Assembly (NCBI GenBank): GCA_050486305.1
Contig: JBJHDA010000001.1
Span: 435,071-499,070 of the forward strand
DNA length: 64,000 nt
DNA from: Candidatus Saccharimonadota bacterium
GTDB taxonomy: Bacteria > Patescibacteriota > Saccharimonadia > Saccharimonadales > SLHW01
Direction: 5' to 3'
Below, in pieces: positions 55,942 to 64,000 of this stretch. Below the pieces are notes generated by a model. The model made no database searches. It was not told where the DNA came from and saw nothing but the letters and a program-made list of their open reading frames with translations. How positions within the stretch are numbered: the first letter of the stretch is position 1; every line of letters starts with the position of its first letter. Position numbers and translations under genes: made by a program.

Positions 55942-56023
55942 TGAATGCACCACTCGACTGGTGCATTCAGAAAACAGCAACCAGCAACCAGGAAGCAGCA
56001 GCAGCCGAGCCCGTTCCTGGCTC
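55942..56023 (-). repeat. Composite post-gene element (inverted orientation), near-identical palindrome to 39524-39551
   Basis: TGAATGCACCACTCGACTGGTGCATTCA (1 mismatch) at 55942-55969. The motif GAGCCAGGAACGGGCTC (minus strand) is at 56007-56023. Confidence 0.75.
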
Positions 56024-56281
56024 TCCAAAAACAGATGACTCATACCGCTAACGTGCTGAGATAAAGCTGGCACTTGCTCCGCTTCAACTTAAATAATAAA
56101 AGCGGAGATGCTTGTCACTGTGCCAGCGTCAGTACGGTAGTGAGGATGAGGCAATATGTTTTTTGGAGCCGCCAGTCGTTTTTTGGGTTCCGTTTTGGTC
56201 GACACAAAAATGGAACAAGATTTGGTTCTTTCCAAAAGAACACCCCTACCATTTTTATAAAAAATATACCTATACGCCTGC

Positions 56282-57340
56282 CTACAAGCTTGGTATAGCT
56301 TGCATATCCGCATTGGACCCCTGCCCAAACACAAACGTAGACTCACGGTCATTCACTGCCCGCTCCATCGCCAAATCTACCAAGTTATAAATAACAGCCT
56401 CATAATCCATCCCCATATATAACTGACAAGCCTTCGGGAACGTTCCATAACCGCCAATCAAACTCGGGATCAGGTTTGCCTCAAGAAAATGCGGTGTGCC
56501 ATCGGCATCAAGCCGTATGTCGACCCGCCCGTAGTCACGTGCGCCGAGGGCGTGGAATGCACCGAGGGCTAACTGGCTTACCCGATGACGCACGCTCTGG
56601 TCAGTCACTGGTATGACTTGTTCATTGTTTGCTGATTTCGCCGCTGCACCGAGCACACGGTGCCCGCGTTTATCCGCCTCGGCAATGAGCTCTACCGGCA
56701 TAATCGATAGCTCGTCACTACGATACTCGCGCATGACTGCGACACTAAACTCCCTGCCTGGCAGATACCGCTCGATCAGCGAGTCGGAACCGTGCTGATG
56801 AGCGATAGAGGTGACCTTGGCTTGCAGCGCAGCAAAGTCGTATACGACTGAGTCACTGCCGATACCCAATCCGCCGCCGCGATTAGCCGGTTTTACGAAT
56901 AACGGGTACGGCGCAGTGACAGCAGCCTGCGTTAACGGAGTATGTTGCCGGGCAATATAAAACGGCGATGTCTGAAGCCCGGCTGTTCGTACAGCTTGCT
57001 TTGCCAGCGTTTTGTCGCAGTCAAGCTCGTGTGCCACGCTAGCGGAACCAGTATGGGCGATGTCGTTGTCTTCTAAATAGCTACTGAGCCATACCCGGTT
57101 CTCGTCGTCTAACCCCAAAGATGGATTACGTGGCACAAATTTGGAACCTAAAAACACCAAATCTGGCTTTTTGGCAACGAGATCATGCAAGTCTGCCACG
57201 TTATCGATAAGACTAATGCCTACCCGTGCATATCGCCTGGATAGGACGTTATAAATGGCCAAGCGTGAGGGCTTGCTCATAGAGCTAAGATAACTCTTTG
57301 AAGAGCTGACAATTTCTATATGTTTATTCTGTTTTATCAC
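56282..57340 (-). CDS. D-alanine--D-alanine ligase-family ATP-grasp enzyme (second paralog)
   Basis: ATP-grasp motifs (PLFVKPANRGGGLGI, IERYLPGREFSVAVM, GRVDIRLDADGTPHFLEANLIPSL). Clearly divergent from the ddl at 19673-20566. Confidence 0.7.
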   Translation of the reverse strand: MIKQNKHIEIVSSSKSYLSSMSKPSRLAIYNVLSRRYARVGISLIDNVADLHDLVAKKPDLVFLGSKFVPRNPSLGLDDENRVWLSSYLEDNDIAHTGSASVAHELDCDKTLAKQAVRTAGLQTSPFYIARQHTPLTQAAVTAPYPLFVKPANRGGGLGIGSDSVVYDFAALQAKVTSIAHQHGSDSLIERYLPGREFSVAVMREYRSDELSIMPVELIAEADKRGHRVLGAAAKSANNEQVIPVTDQSVRHRVSQLALGAFHALGARDYGRVDIRLDADGTPHFLEANLIPSLIGGYGTFPKACQLYMGMDYEAVIYNLVDLAMERAVNDRESTFVFGQGSNADMQAIPSL

Positions 57341-57638
57341 AATTTTAACCGTTCTACAGACTGTGTCGTCGCCTGTTATACATAATTTAATACTGTCGTT
57401 ACCTCTGGAGATTCGGTTCCGCCGACAACAAAAAATATATTGTATACGGCGCTGGTATGGCTGAGGTAACTTTTAAAACGAAGAGATATAAGTAACCGTT
57501 CGCTTGCATCTAGTTTAACACGCCACCCCTGATTCGGCTACAGCCGCTTCTCTATCCACAAATATATAGAGCTAATAAATATAAAAAATAGAGCGGGCTG
57601 CTTTGCCCGCTCTAATACGCTCAGAATTTGGTTTGTAC

Positions 57639-57890
57639 CTACGCTCGCCGCACTGCCCGGACAATAGCCAGCAGTATAACCGCACCTAACGTGGCTACGA
57701 TTAAGCTCCATAACGTAAACCCGGTCACTCCTTCGCCGCCGAACATTCCAACAACAAAGCCGCCGATCAAAGCTCCAACGATACCAACCGCAACGTTCGC
57801 GAGAACTCCTTGCTGCTCACTCGTGCCCATAATTAACGAAGCCAGCCATCCTGCTAAACCGCCTAATATAATCCATGCTAGTATGCCCAT
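57639..57890 (-). CDS. GlsB/YeaQ/YmgE-family stress membrane protein
   Basis: MGILAWIILGGLAGWLASLIMG plus Gly-rich TM helices. 83 aa. Confidence 0.8.
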   Translation of the reverse strand: MGILAWIILGGLAGWLASLIMGTSEQQGVLANVAVGIVGALIGGFVVGMFGGEGVTGFTLWSLIVATLGAVILLAIVRAVRRA

Positions 57891-57952
57891 TCTTTACTCC
57901 TCGTTTACGTTCTTGTTTGCTATCTATTGGCTAATCGTTTCTTGCTGTCAGG

Positions 57953-58054
57953 TTAGTGATGGTTTGCCCTTCCATCATCGGCTAAGTCTGGATATTGCCG
58001 GTACTTCCTGTCTAGAAACGTGTCGATACGATCGTTTAGTTCGTTTGTTTGCAT
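57953..58054 (-). CDS. Small ORF (33 aa) with a strong RBS upstream of the GlsB-family gene
   Basis: AAGGAGGTG lies 9 nt upstream of the ATG. Peptide MQTNELNDRIDTFLDRKYRQYPDLADDGRANHH. Confidence 0.35.
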   Translation of the reverse strand: MQTNELNDRIDTFLDRKYRQYPDLADDGRANHH

Positions 58055-58213
58055 AAAGATAAGCCACCTCCTTTTGCTTAAGCTTAATCATTGTGTACGG
58101 AGCCTGCTTCGTGCGACCTCCCCGTATAAGTACCCATGATATTGGCTGAGCGCAAGTCTGGCTGTAAGACAGTTAACGCAAAGCGTGTTAGATAATTAAC
58201 ATTACTGCTACGC

Positions 58214-59986
58214 TTACTCTGGAAGTATGATGCTGCCAGCTGAAGTCTGGTTTCGCTGCTCGACACCAAGCTGCGCTTCGCGACCGTCCTCTGAAATAAC
58301 GATAATGCCGGCATTGCCGAATATCGTCCCGCCAGTAAGTCCATGCCCTTTTTCGCTCAGCCCTTGCCGAAGCGCCTCTGGAAAGTCATCCTCTACCTCC
58401 AGCGTATTTTCTACTTCGTAAGGAAAAATGGTGGACGGGAACGCATTACTAACAAAACGCGGCCGATCCACGGCTTCTTGTGCCGTGTAGCCGAACTCAA
58501 CGATATTGATAAATTGCTGAAGCTGGGCTTGAGCCTGCGTGTCTGCGCCAACATTACCGCCGAGCATATATAAGTTGCCATTGTTAGTAACGAGATACGG
58601 GTTCGAGGTATGCCGTACCTTATAGCCAGGCGACAGAACGTTCGGGTCGTCCTCATCCAGCGCCATGAACCGCATGCGGTTGTTTATGTGAATACCTGTA
58701 TCGCCAATTACTAGAAATTGCGCACCGAGGCTCGTGGTGACGGCAGCAGCATTCCCTTCCGTATCGACGATATGAAACGTAGTAGTGTTGCTTGCTTCGC
58801 CATCGAGCGGATCCTCAATCGGCCAGACCGCCGTCTCATCAAGGCTGATGTTCTCCCGATGGCGCTCGGCGTGCTCCTCCGACAAGATGGTATCGACCGG
58901 TACGTCTACTCGGTCGGGATCGCCCACGTGATAATACCTATCGGCAAACGCGCGCTTTAATGCCTCGATCTGCAGGTGGACCGCGTCCGGGTCATTTGAG
59001 TCATACTGGGAAAAGTCATAACCCATTAGGATATTGAGAGCGGACAGCATGGTAATACCTTGGCTGTTTGGCGGATTCTGGTAGACGGTGAGCCCATCCC
59101 GGTAGTCAAGGCTTAAGGGTGTCACAATCTCTGCCTCAAAGCCCCAAAAATCATCGATGGTTAAGTAGCCGTCGTCTTGATCGGAGTACGCAACGATTGC
59201 CTCCGCAATCGGTCCGCGGTAGTAATAATCCCGGGCTGCCTGAACAGCCTGACTACGCTCCCCGTCCTCCAGCGCCTCAGCGTAGGCATTGGCAAGTGAC
59301 TCGAACGTATCTGCCATGTCGTGTTGGTGCACGGTGTCGCCCTCGCTTAGCAGGTTGCCGTTTCTTAGATAAATCTCGCCCGTTTCATCGTAATTAAAAA
59401 CTCTGCCGGAGGATGTATTGAGCCACTGCTCCATATCTGCGCTTACTTCGTACCCCTCTCTGGCTACTCTAATGGCAGGCGCTAACACCTCGTCTAGGTC
59501 GAGCTCGCCGTACTCATCGAGCCATAGCATCCAGCCGTCCCAGGCGCCCGGCACGTTCGCTTGATGCATGCCGAACGAACCTGCCCTGCCGCGGTAATTT
59601 TCTACTGAGGCGTTGCTGCCTGTTGGGCCAACTCCATCCAGGCTCGTTACCTGGTTTTCATCCGCATCGTAATAAAGCGCCCAGGTGCCACCGCCAAGCG
59701 CGCTGGAGAACCACGGCTCGACAACACTCAACGCTGCAGCCACCGCTACTGCAGCATCCGCTGCCGTTCCGCCAGCCTCCAGAATCTCTATCCCGATGTC
59801 CGTCGCTTTATCATGGGCAGTCACCACCGCCGCAACATGAGCTTGCTGGCCTTGTGTCGTGTTAACTTCTTGTCCTGCTTCTTCGGCATTATTGTTTCCA
59901 TACACGAGATATAAAACACCAGACACCAGTACTCCAGCGATGAGTACGGCCAAAAGGCCAATACGCGGGTTACGGAAATTCAACAT
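58214..59986 (-). CDS. ggt: Gamma-glutamyltransferase
   Basis: N-terminal anchor. The autoprocessing site region SNTTTFHIVDTEGNAAAVTTSLG and the C-terminal GGTIFGNAG are typical of GGT. Confidence 0.88.
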   Translation of the reverse strand: MLNFRNPRIGLLAVLIAGVLVSGVLYLVYGNNNAEEAGQEVNTTQGQQAHVAAVVTAHDKATDIGIEILEAGGTAADAAVAVAAALSVVEPWFSSALGGGTWALYYDADENQVTSLDGVGPTGSNASVENYRGRAGSFGMHQANVPGAWDGWMLWLDEYGELDLDEVLAPAIRVAREGYEVSADMEQWLNTSSGRVFNYDETGEIYLRNGNLLSEGDTVHQHDMADTFESLANAYAEALEDGERSQAVQAARDYYYRGPIAEAIVAYSDQDDGYLTIDDFWGFEAEIVTPLSLDYRDGLTVYQNPPNSQGITMLSALNILMGYDFSQYDSNDPDAVHLQIEALKRAFADRYYHVGDPDRVDVPVDTILSEEHAERHRENISLDETAVWPIEDPLDGEASNTTTFHIVDTEGNAAAVTTSLGAQFLVIGDTGIHINNRMRFMALDEDDPNVLSPGYKVRHTSNPYLVTNNGNLYMLGGNVGADTQAQAQLQQFINIVEFGYTAQEAVDRPRFVSNAFPSTIFPYEVENTLEVEDDFPEALRQGLSEKGHGLTGGTIFGNAGIIVISEDGREAQLGVEQRNQTSAGSIILPE

Positions 59987-60159
59987 ATGTGCTCCATTGC
60001 CAAACTATGGTAAACGCGAGCACGTATTTATTAAGTGAAATAACTAACTGCTCAAATCGCTTTTGCTTATATGTGCAGAACGATGGCCCTGTAAGTAAAC
60101 TAACTGCTCTATCCGCTAATGATTGTTACCGTTACGCTAGCAGTAATGGAGATTTAGAC

Positions 60160-60387
60160 GTGCCATACGATACAACTAATGAATTGCCCGACAGTGTAAA
60201 AAGCGTACTGCCAAAACATGCCCAGGAAATATATATGAAATCATTTAATAGTTCTTGGGAGCAGTACAAAGATCCGGAAAAACGACGTGACGATGCCGAT
60301 AGGGAGGAAGTAGCCCATCGTGTCGCCTGGAGCGCAGTAAAACAAAAATACGAAAAAGGCCAGGATGGCAACTGGCATAAGAAATAA
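60160..60387 (+). CDS. chaB: ChaB-family protein
   Basis: ELPDSVKSVLPKHAQEIYMKSFNSSWEQY...EEVAHRVAWSAVKQKYEK matches ChaB. I prefer the GTG at 60160 (GGAG upstream) to the 132-aa ORF-track start. Confidence 0.75.
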   Translation: MPYDTTNELPDSVKSVLPKHAQEIYMKSFNSSWEQYKDPEKRRDDADREEVAHRVAWSAVKQKYEKGQDGNWHKK

Positions 60388-60401
60388 GCGAGACACCACA
60401 T

Positions 60402-60433
60402 AAAAAAAGAGGCTGCAAACAGCAGCCTCTTTA
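60402..60433. terminator. Bidirectional terminator between chaB and the KGG gene
   Basis: AGAGGCTGC-aaaca-GCAGCCTCT flanked by an A-run and a T-run. Confidence 0.7.
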
Positions 60434-60462
60434 ATTTCTACGCTTCCGCAACCTCGATTAAG

Positions 60463-60627
60463 CTAAGAGCGCTTTCCGCCTTTTTTACCAGCCCGCCTTG
60501 CTTTGTCCGGATCGTTCGCAAAGTTTGCTGGATTGTCCTCCTTGCCTTGCGACTTACCGCCTTTGCTCGCGATGTCTCGCTGCTTATCTTCGTCCATTGA
60601 AGCGAATCCTCTATCGGAATCAGCCAT
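60463..60627 (-). CDS. KGG-repeat general stress protein (54 aa)
   Basis: MADSDRGFASMDEDKQRDIASKGGKSQGKEDNPANFANDPDKARRAGKKGGKRS contains KGG stress-induced repeats. RBS GGGAGGG. Not in the ORF track. Confidence 0.7.
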   Translation of the reverse strand: MADSDRGFASMDEDKQRDIASKGGKSQGKEDNPANFANDPDKARRAGKKGGKRS

Positions 60628-60814
60628 GTATACCCTCCCTATTCATTAGTTTGCAAGCGTTGATTATATGGATGGCTAGGAAAGTTTCTATGCAATAAGT
60701 TACATACAGCCTTCGAACATTTTCATTATATTCGTAGTAGTAAAATACTTCACTGTGATGAAAAAAACTGGCCTCATACTAAGCATTGCTAATGTTAATG
60801 CAAGGGGGTAGTTT

Positions 60815-61024
60815 ATGTTTAGCACACCAATAAGTGAAGATGAACTTGACGCGATGGCGATGGATTACGAAGGCCATGTAAGTTATGCCAACAGCGAATC
60901 AGATAATGATTTAGGAGGCGAAATATCGCAGCGGATTCGTGAAGCTGAGGTGGATGACACCCACCCCCGAACCGATACCGATATGGACGTACAGGAACTA
61001 TACGACGCAGGTCTGTTCGCTTAA
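60815..61024 (+). CDS. Hypothetical acidic protein
   Basis: 69-aa ORF, with GGGGTAG (weak RBS) upstream. Confidence 0.4.
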   Translation: MFSTPISEDELDAMAMDYEGHVSYANSESDNDLGGEISQRIREAEVDDTHPRTDTDMDVQELYDAGLFA

Positions 61025-61102
61025 ACCGCGCTCAACTCAAGATTCGCGCTGACGTTTTTGGGTAATGTGCTGGCCAAGAAGCAGTCAGCACTACACCCCG
61101 GG

Positions 61103-62266
61103 TCAGCGCGACATGTTATATCGAAGTATCGCCTTGACGTTTATTTTGCTCGACGGTTGCCCGTTGTTCTCTTTATAGGTAGCGGTAATTTCTCCCGCCT
61201 GTGCTTTGACGCTTGAAACGACCTTTTCTAGCATGCTGATATCCTCTGGGAACTCGTACCGCTTCATTGCTACATTCTCCTCTTGCACACTATCTCTCGT
61301 CTGGCGAAGCGCTTCAACAAAAAGGTGATCAACGTTACCGATAGAACTGGCGGACATAACGTTATCCATCCCTTCAGCTGCGAGCCCGTTTCCGCGCGCC
61401 TCCTCAAAGCGCTGCAACGCTTTGGTCCTTTCATCATCTTGGATGGATTCCAACAGGCTACGTACTTCTTTTTGCAGAGCAGGAATTGTTCTCGGGCTTT
61501 CGTGGTTTCCTCTTATCTCCTTGTCCAGGGTGTGCTTGTAACGAAGCAGGCTCCGTACATGCGCGACCCTCTCCTTGGTTCCGGCCAAAATGAGCGGGTC
61601 ACTATATTTTTGCAAAAAGGTGTCCGCCCGTTTTGCCAACAGGTGTAAGTAGTTATTAATGTCAACGTCTTTGTTGTCGTCAGCGGCACCGTGCCCATGA
61701 TACATCGCTCTCCCACGGCTGGCACCAGTATGAAACTGTTGGTTTTTTTGGAATTCATCTAGGCGGAGAGCGTCCTCGATATTCTTAGGTAAGTTGCTGT
61801 CTTCGATTTGCTCCATCGTGGCCACGTCAACGCGGAATAGCTTTGGTCGATCTAGGTTTATTTCGAGCAGAAAATAGTTTTTTAGCGCTTTTTGCATAAT
61901 GTGTAATGGCGCTAACACGAACGAATCATCGACACTGTGGATTACATTCACCTCATACGGAAGCTTTACATAGCGCATCCTGTCGGGGTCCACGAACAAG
62001 GCCAGCCCGTACTTTTGATGCCGCCAAAAATCGGCATCATCAATAAGATCCCATACACGCCGCAGGCTTTTATCTGCCGTATCACTTACTCGGATTGCTG
62101 GATTGCTTTCGATTTTATGCAGTATGTTTTTTAAGCGGATTGAGTCCTCCTCAATCGTATTGCTCCGGCTTTCTGGATGTGTCGGCATATATAAACTTAT
62201 GCGGTCTTGACCCTCTGCACCAGATCGTAAATCTGCCGGTATAATACTTTTTAGCTTGAGCTCCAT
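61103..62266 (-). CDS. Hypothetical protein, possibly baeRF-family (bacterial archaeo-eukaryotic release-factor-like)
   Basis: The N-terminal RISLYMPTHPESR...IRLKNILHKIE pattern and overall length resemble baeRF families as I remember them. Not verified. Confidence 0.3.
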   Translation of the reverse strand: MELKLKSIIPADLRSGAEGQDRISLYMPTHPESRSNTIEEDSIRLKNILHKIESNPAIRVSDTADKSLRRVWDLIDDADFWRHQKYGLALFVDPDRMRYVKLPYEVNVIHSVDDSFVLAPLHIMQKALKNYFLLEINLDRPKLFRVDVATMEQIEDSNLPKNIEDALRLDEFQKNQQFHTGASRGRAMYHGHGAADDNKDVDINNYLHLLAKRADTFLQKYSDPLILAGTKERVAHVRSLLRYKHTLDKEIRGNHESPRTIPALQKEVRSLLESIQDDERTKALQRFEEARGNGLAAEGMDNVMSASSIGNVDHLFVEALRQTRDSVQEENVAMKRYEFPEDISMLEKVVSSVKAQAGEITATYKENNGQPSSKINVKAILRYNMSR

Positions 62267-62624
62267 GAAAAATACTCCTTTGGCAACGTTATAAATCAGT
62301 ACATATGACTGCTACTTGCGGCTAGCTAGCGCCACCTATGCTCAAGCTGATATGACGAGTCAGGGCCAAATCTGCTGTTATATTTTTGCTTTGCCTTTCT
62401 TTTTTGCTGGTATCTTGCTTGTCTGTACTCTTTTGTAAAACTGCTGTTGTATTTCAACATCCCCTCCTTATTGTGTTAGCAAACTGTACGGTCTTTGCTC
62501 CTTTTTATCAGTAGTATTTTTCATTGCTACGCTGCAATAAACCGCGGATAGTACCCATGTTGCTTCCTGGAGATTTTCTGGTTGGCGCTAACGCTCGAGC
62601 CAAAAACCAGGCAGCAGATAGATT

Positions 62625-63809
62625 ATGAATATACTCGATGGCATTATTATTGTTACGGTTACTCTGTTTGTTTTGCGCGGAGTTCATATTGGGCTGACCC
62701 GTCGGGTATTTTCTTTTACCGGATTTTGGCTCGGCTTCTTTGGCGGTGCATATGCCTCGATTTATCTCATCCCGCTTTTTCAGGAACCCGTTATCCGCTT
62801 TATGAGTGGTGTTATCGTTATATTAGGGAGCGCAGTATTTGTCGGTGCTTTCGGTAAAAAAATCGGAGACTATTTTGCCAGCCGTGTAAAAGACGTAAAG
62901 CTTCGCGGCGTAGACGTCGTACTAGGCGGACTATTTGATGCACTGTTAATTATCGGTATTTTCTGGCTGCTGTCGTCAGTATTTAGCGGCGTCCCTGTCT
63001 ATGACGTTAACCGACATATCAGTCAATCTTCAATTATCCAGGCTGTACATAATCGGTTTCCGCCGGCACCGGAAGTGCTCGCCCGGGTAACCCGTTATAT
63101 CAACTCGGAGGCGTTTCCTCCGGTTTTTATCGGTCCTGAGCCGCGGCCGGTTGGTCCTCAAAACCCGCCAGAAACTGAAGAGGTAGCAGCTGCCTTGGCA
63201 ACAGCTGGAACGTCAACGGTACGGATAGAATCAGCGGGGTGCGGTGGCATTGTTTTTGGGTCTGGCTTTATTGCTGCGGATGATGCAGTGGTGACAAATG
63301 CGCATGTGGTCGCCGGCATAAGCAGTCTGAGTATCGTTGACATTGAAGATAGGCATAGTGGAGAAATTGTATATTTTGACCCGGCGATGGACATCGCAAT
63401 AATCAGAGTCTCTGGCCTAGCTGGCGAACCGCTTGAGCTGGACACAGATCGGCAGCCAGCAGGAACCACTGCCACAACGCTTGGTTATCCATCGGGCGGT
63501 GAGCTAGAGCCATCGCCGACGGTAATCCTCAGGCAGCTTGATGCACGAGGGCGCGATATATATGACAGCTCGCGCACTACTCGCTCAATTTACGAACTGC
63601 AGACAAGTGTGACAGTCGGTAACTCTGGCGGACCAGTCGTGCTGCGTGATGGCAGTGTAGTCGGCATGATATTTGCCCGCTCTGACGCACACCGCAACAC
63701 CGGGTACGCCATAACAGCCGATAAAATTGCTGAGAAATTAGCGGAGGCAGCGGCCAGCGACGAAGCAGTAGATAACGGGGTGTGTGTTCAGCCGCAGTAC
63801 AGAAGGTAA
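62625..63809 (+). CDS. CvpA-domain / trypsin-like serine protease fusion (MarP-like)
   Basis: Four N-terminal TM helices (CvpA-like). Protease triad contexts TNAHVVAG, DIAIIRV and GNSGGPV. Confidence 0.8.
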   Translation: MNILDGIIIVTVTLFVLRGVHIGLTRRVFSFTGFWLGFFGGAYASIYLIPLFQEPVIRFMSGVIVILGSAVFVGAFGKKIGDYFASRVKDVKLRGVDVVLGGLFDALLIIGIFWLLSSVFSGVPVYDVNRHISQSSIIQAVHNRFPPAPEVLARVTRYINSEAFPPVFIGPEPRPVGPQNPPETEEVAAALATAGTSTVRIESAGCGGIVFGSGFIAADDAVVTNAHVVAGISSLSIVDIEDRHSGEIVYFDPAMDIAIIRVSGLAGEPLELDTDRQPAGTTATTLGYPSGGELEPSPTVILRQLDARGRDIYDSSRTTRSIYELQTSVTVGNSGGPVVLRDGSVVGMIFARSDAHRNTGYAITADKIAEKLAEAAASDEAVDNGVCVQPQYRR

Positions 63810-64000
63810 AGGCTTTTGGCTTTTTTGAGCATATATGGTGTCTCAGTACGGCGCTGTGTATAAATCATGCCTTGTATAGCTCTACCTGTTAAATAATTAA
63901 CACTCCCTCTATACTATTTACCGTAGACTACGTTCATGGACAAGCTAGACCTATAATAGATAAGCTGGGGGTAGAATGCTTGAACACTTTAAACCATTAT

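Noticed and set aside
39492-56023. Interpreting the near-identical inverted palindromes (39524 and 55942) as terminal inverted repeats of a 16.5-kb transposon
   Set aside because: No transposase or target-site duplication is seen. The same motif family occurs after unrelated genes (35920, 37632, 54384), and each copy sits where a terminator is expected. I kept this only as an alternative in the repeat-family finding.
55981-56025. GGAAGCAGC-containing hairpin resembling the SRP (4.5S) RNA domain IV motif
   Set aside because: The 5-prime strand with the GNRA tetraloop and the symmetric/asymmetric loop pattern are absent. The similarity is limited to a short AGCAGC-rich run.
62325-62460. 45-aa basic minus-strand ORF (MLKYNSSFTKEYRQARYQQKRKAKQKYN...) upstream of the baeRF-like gene
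   Set aside because: The GGAGGGG lies only ~2 nt from the ATG, which is poor spacing, and the peptide is low-complexity. I could not support it as a gene.

Overview
Gene-dense bacterial chromosome segment using the standard genetic code, with Shine-Dalgarno-type RBSs and many overlapping or coupled genes. I saw no rRNA, CRISPR array, transposase or integrase. The gene content suggests a reduced-genome, Gram-positive-type organism. It includes an LPXTG protein, small redox proteins, one giant repeat-rich surface protein, and several actinobacterial-type genes (WhiB, PafA/Dop-like, MarP-like). My guess is a Saccharibacteria/TM7-like CPR bacterium, but this is inference only because there is no marker rRNA in the window. 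Layout: (1) 1-22 kb is mostly housekeeping: trxB, pheST, ABC exporter, YajQ, a GH63-like glycosidase, rmuC, a Zur/ZIP pair, ddl, and metK with a riboswitch-like leader. It is interrupted by a 1585-aa surface protein gene flanked by identical NotI-containing palindromes. (2) 22.6-23.6 kb holds a tRNA-Gln whose 3-prime 18 nt recur three more times downstream. (3) 23.6-39.5 kb holds accessory-looking genes: M23 peptidase, orphan response regulator, tdk, rhodanese, WhiB, a transglutaminase-like protein, a lysozyme-like protein, DUF2207, flavodoxin-like, CCA-adding enzyme, LPXTG protein, orphan Pup-ligase-family protein, TrmB regulator and a methyltransferase. (4) 39.5-54.4 kb is a defence/accessory island. 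It contains three cassettes separated by duplicated copies of the 5-prime end and promoter of a small membrane-anchored HTH gene. Its core is a type I R-M operon carrying five extra co-transcribed genes (HEPN-motif, PIN-like, two single-TM proteins, one unknown), followed by a zeta-toxin-like kinase and RadC. This embedded module is my best candidate for an undescribed system. (5) 54.7-64 kb holds a beta-helix membrane protein, a second Ddl-family ligase, stress proteins (GlsB, ChaB, KGG), GGT, a baeRF-like protein and a CvpA-serine protease fusion. All calls come from reading the translations and sequence by eye. No database search was run.
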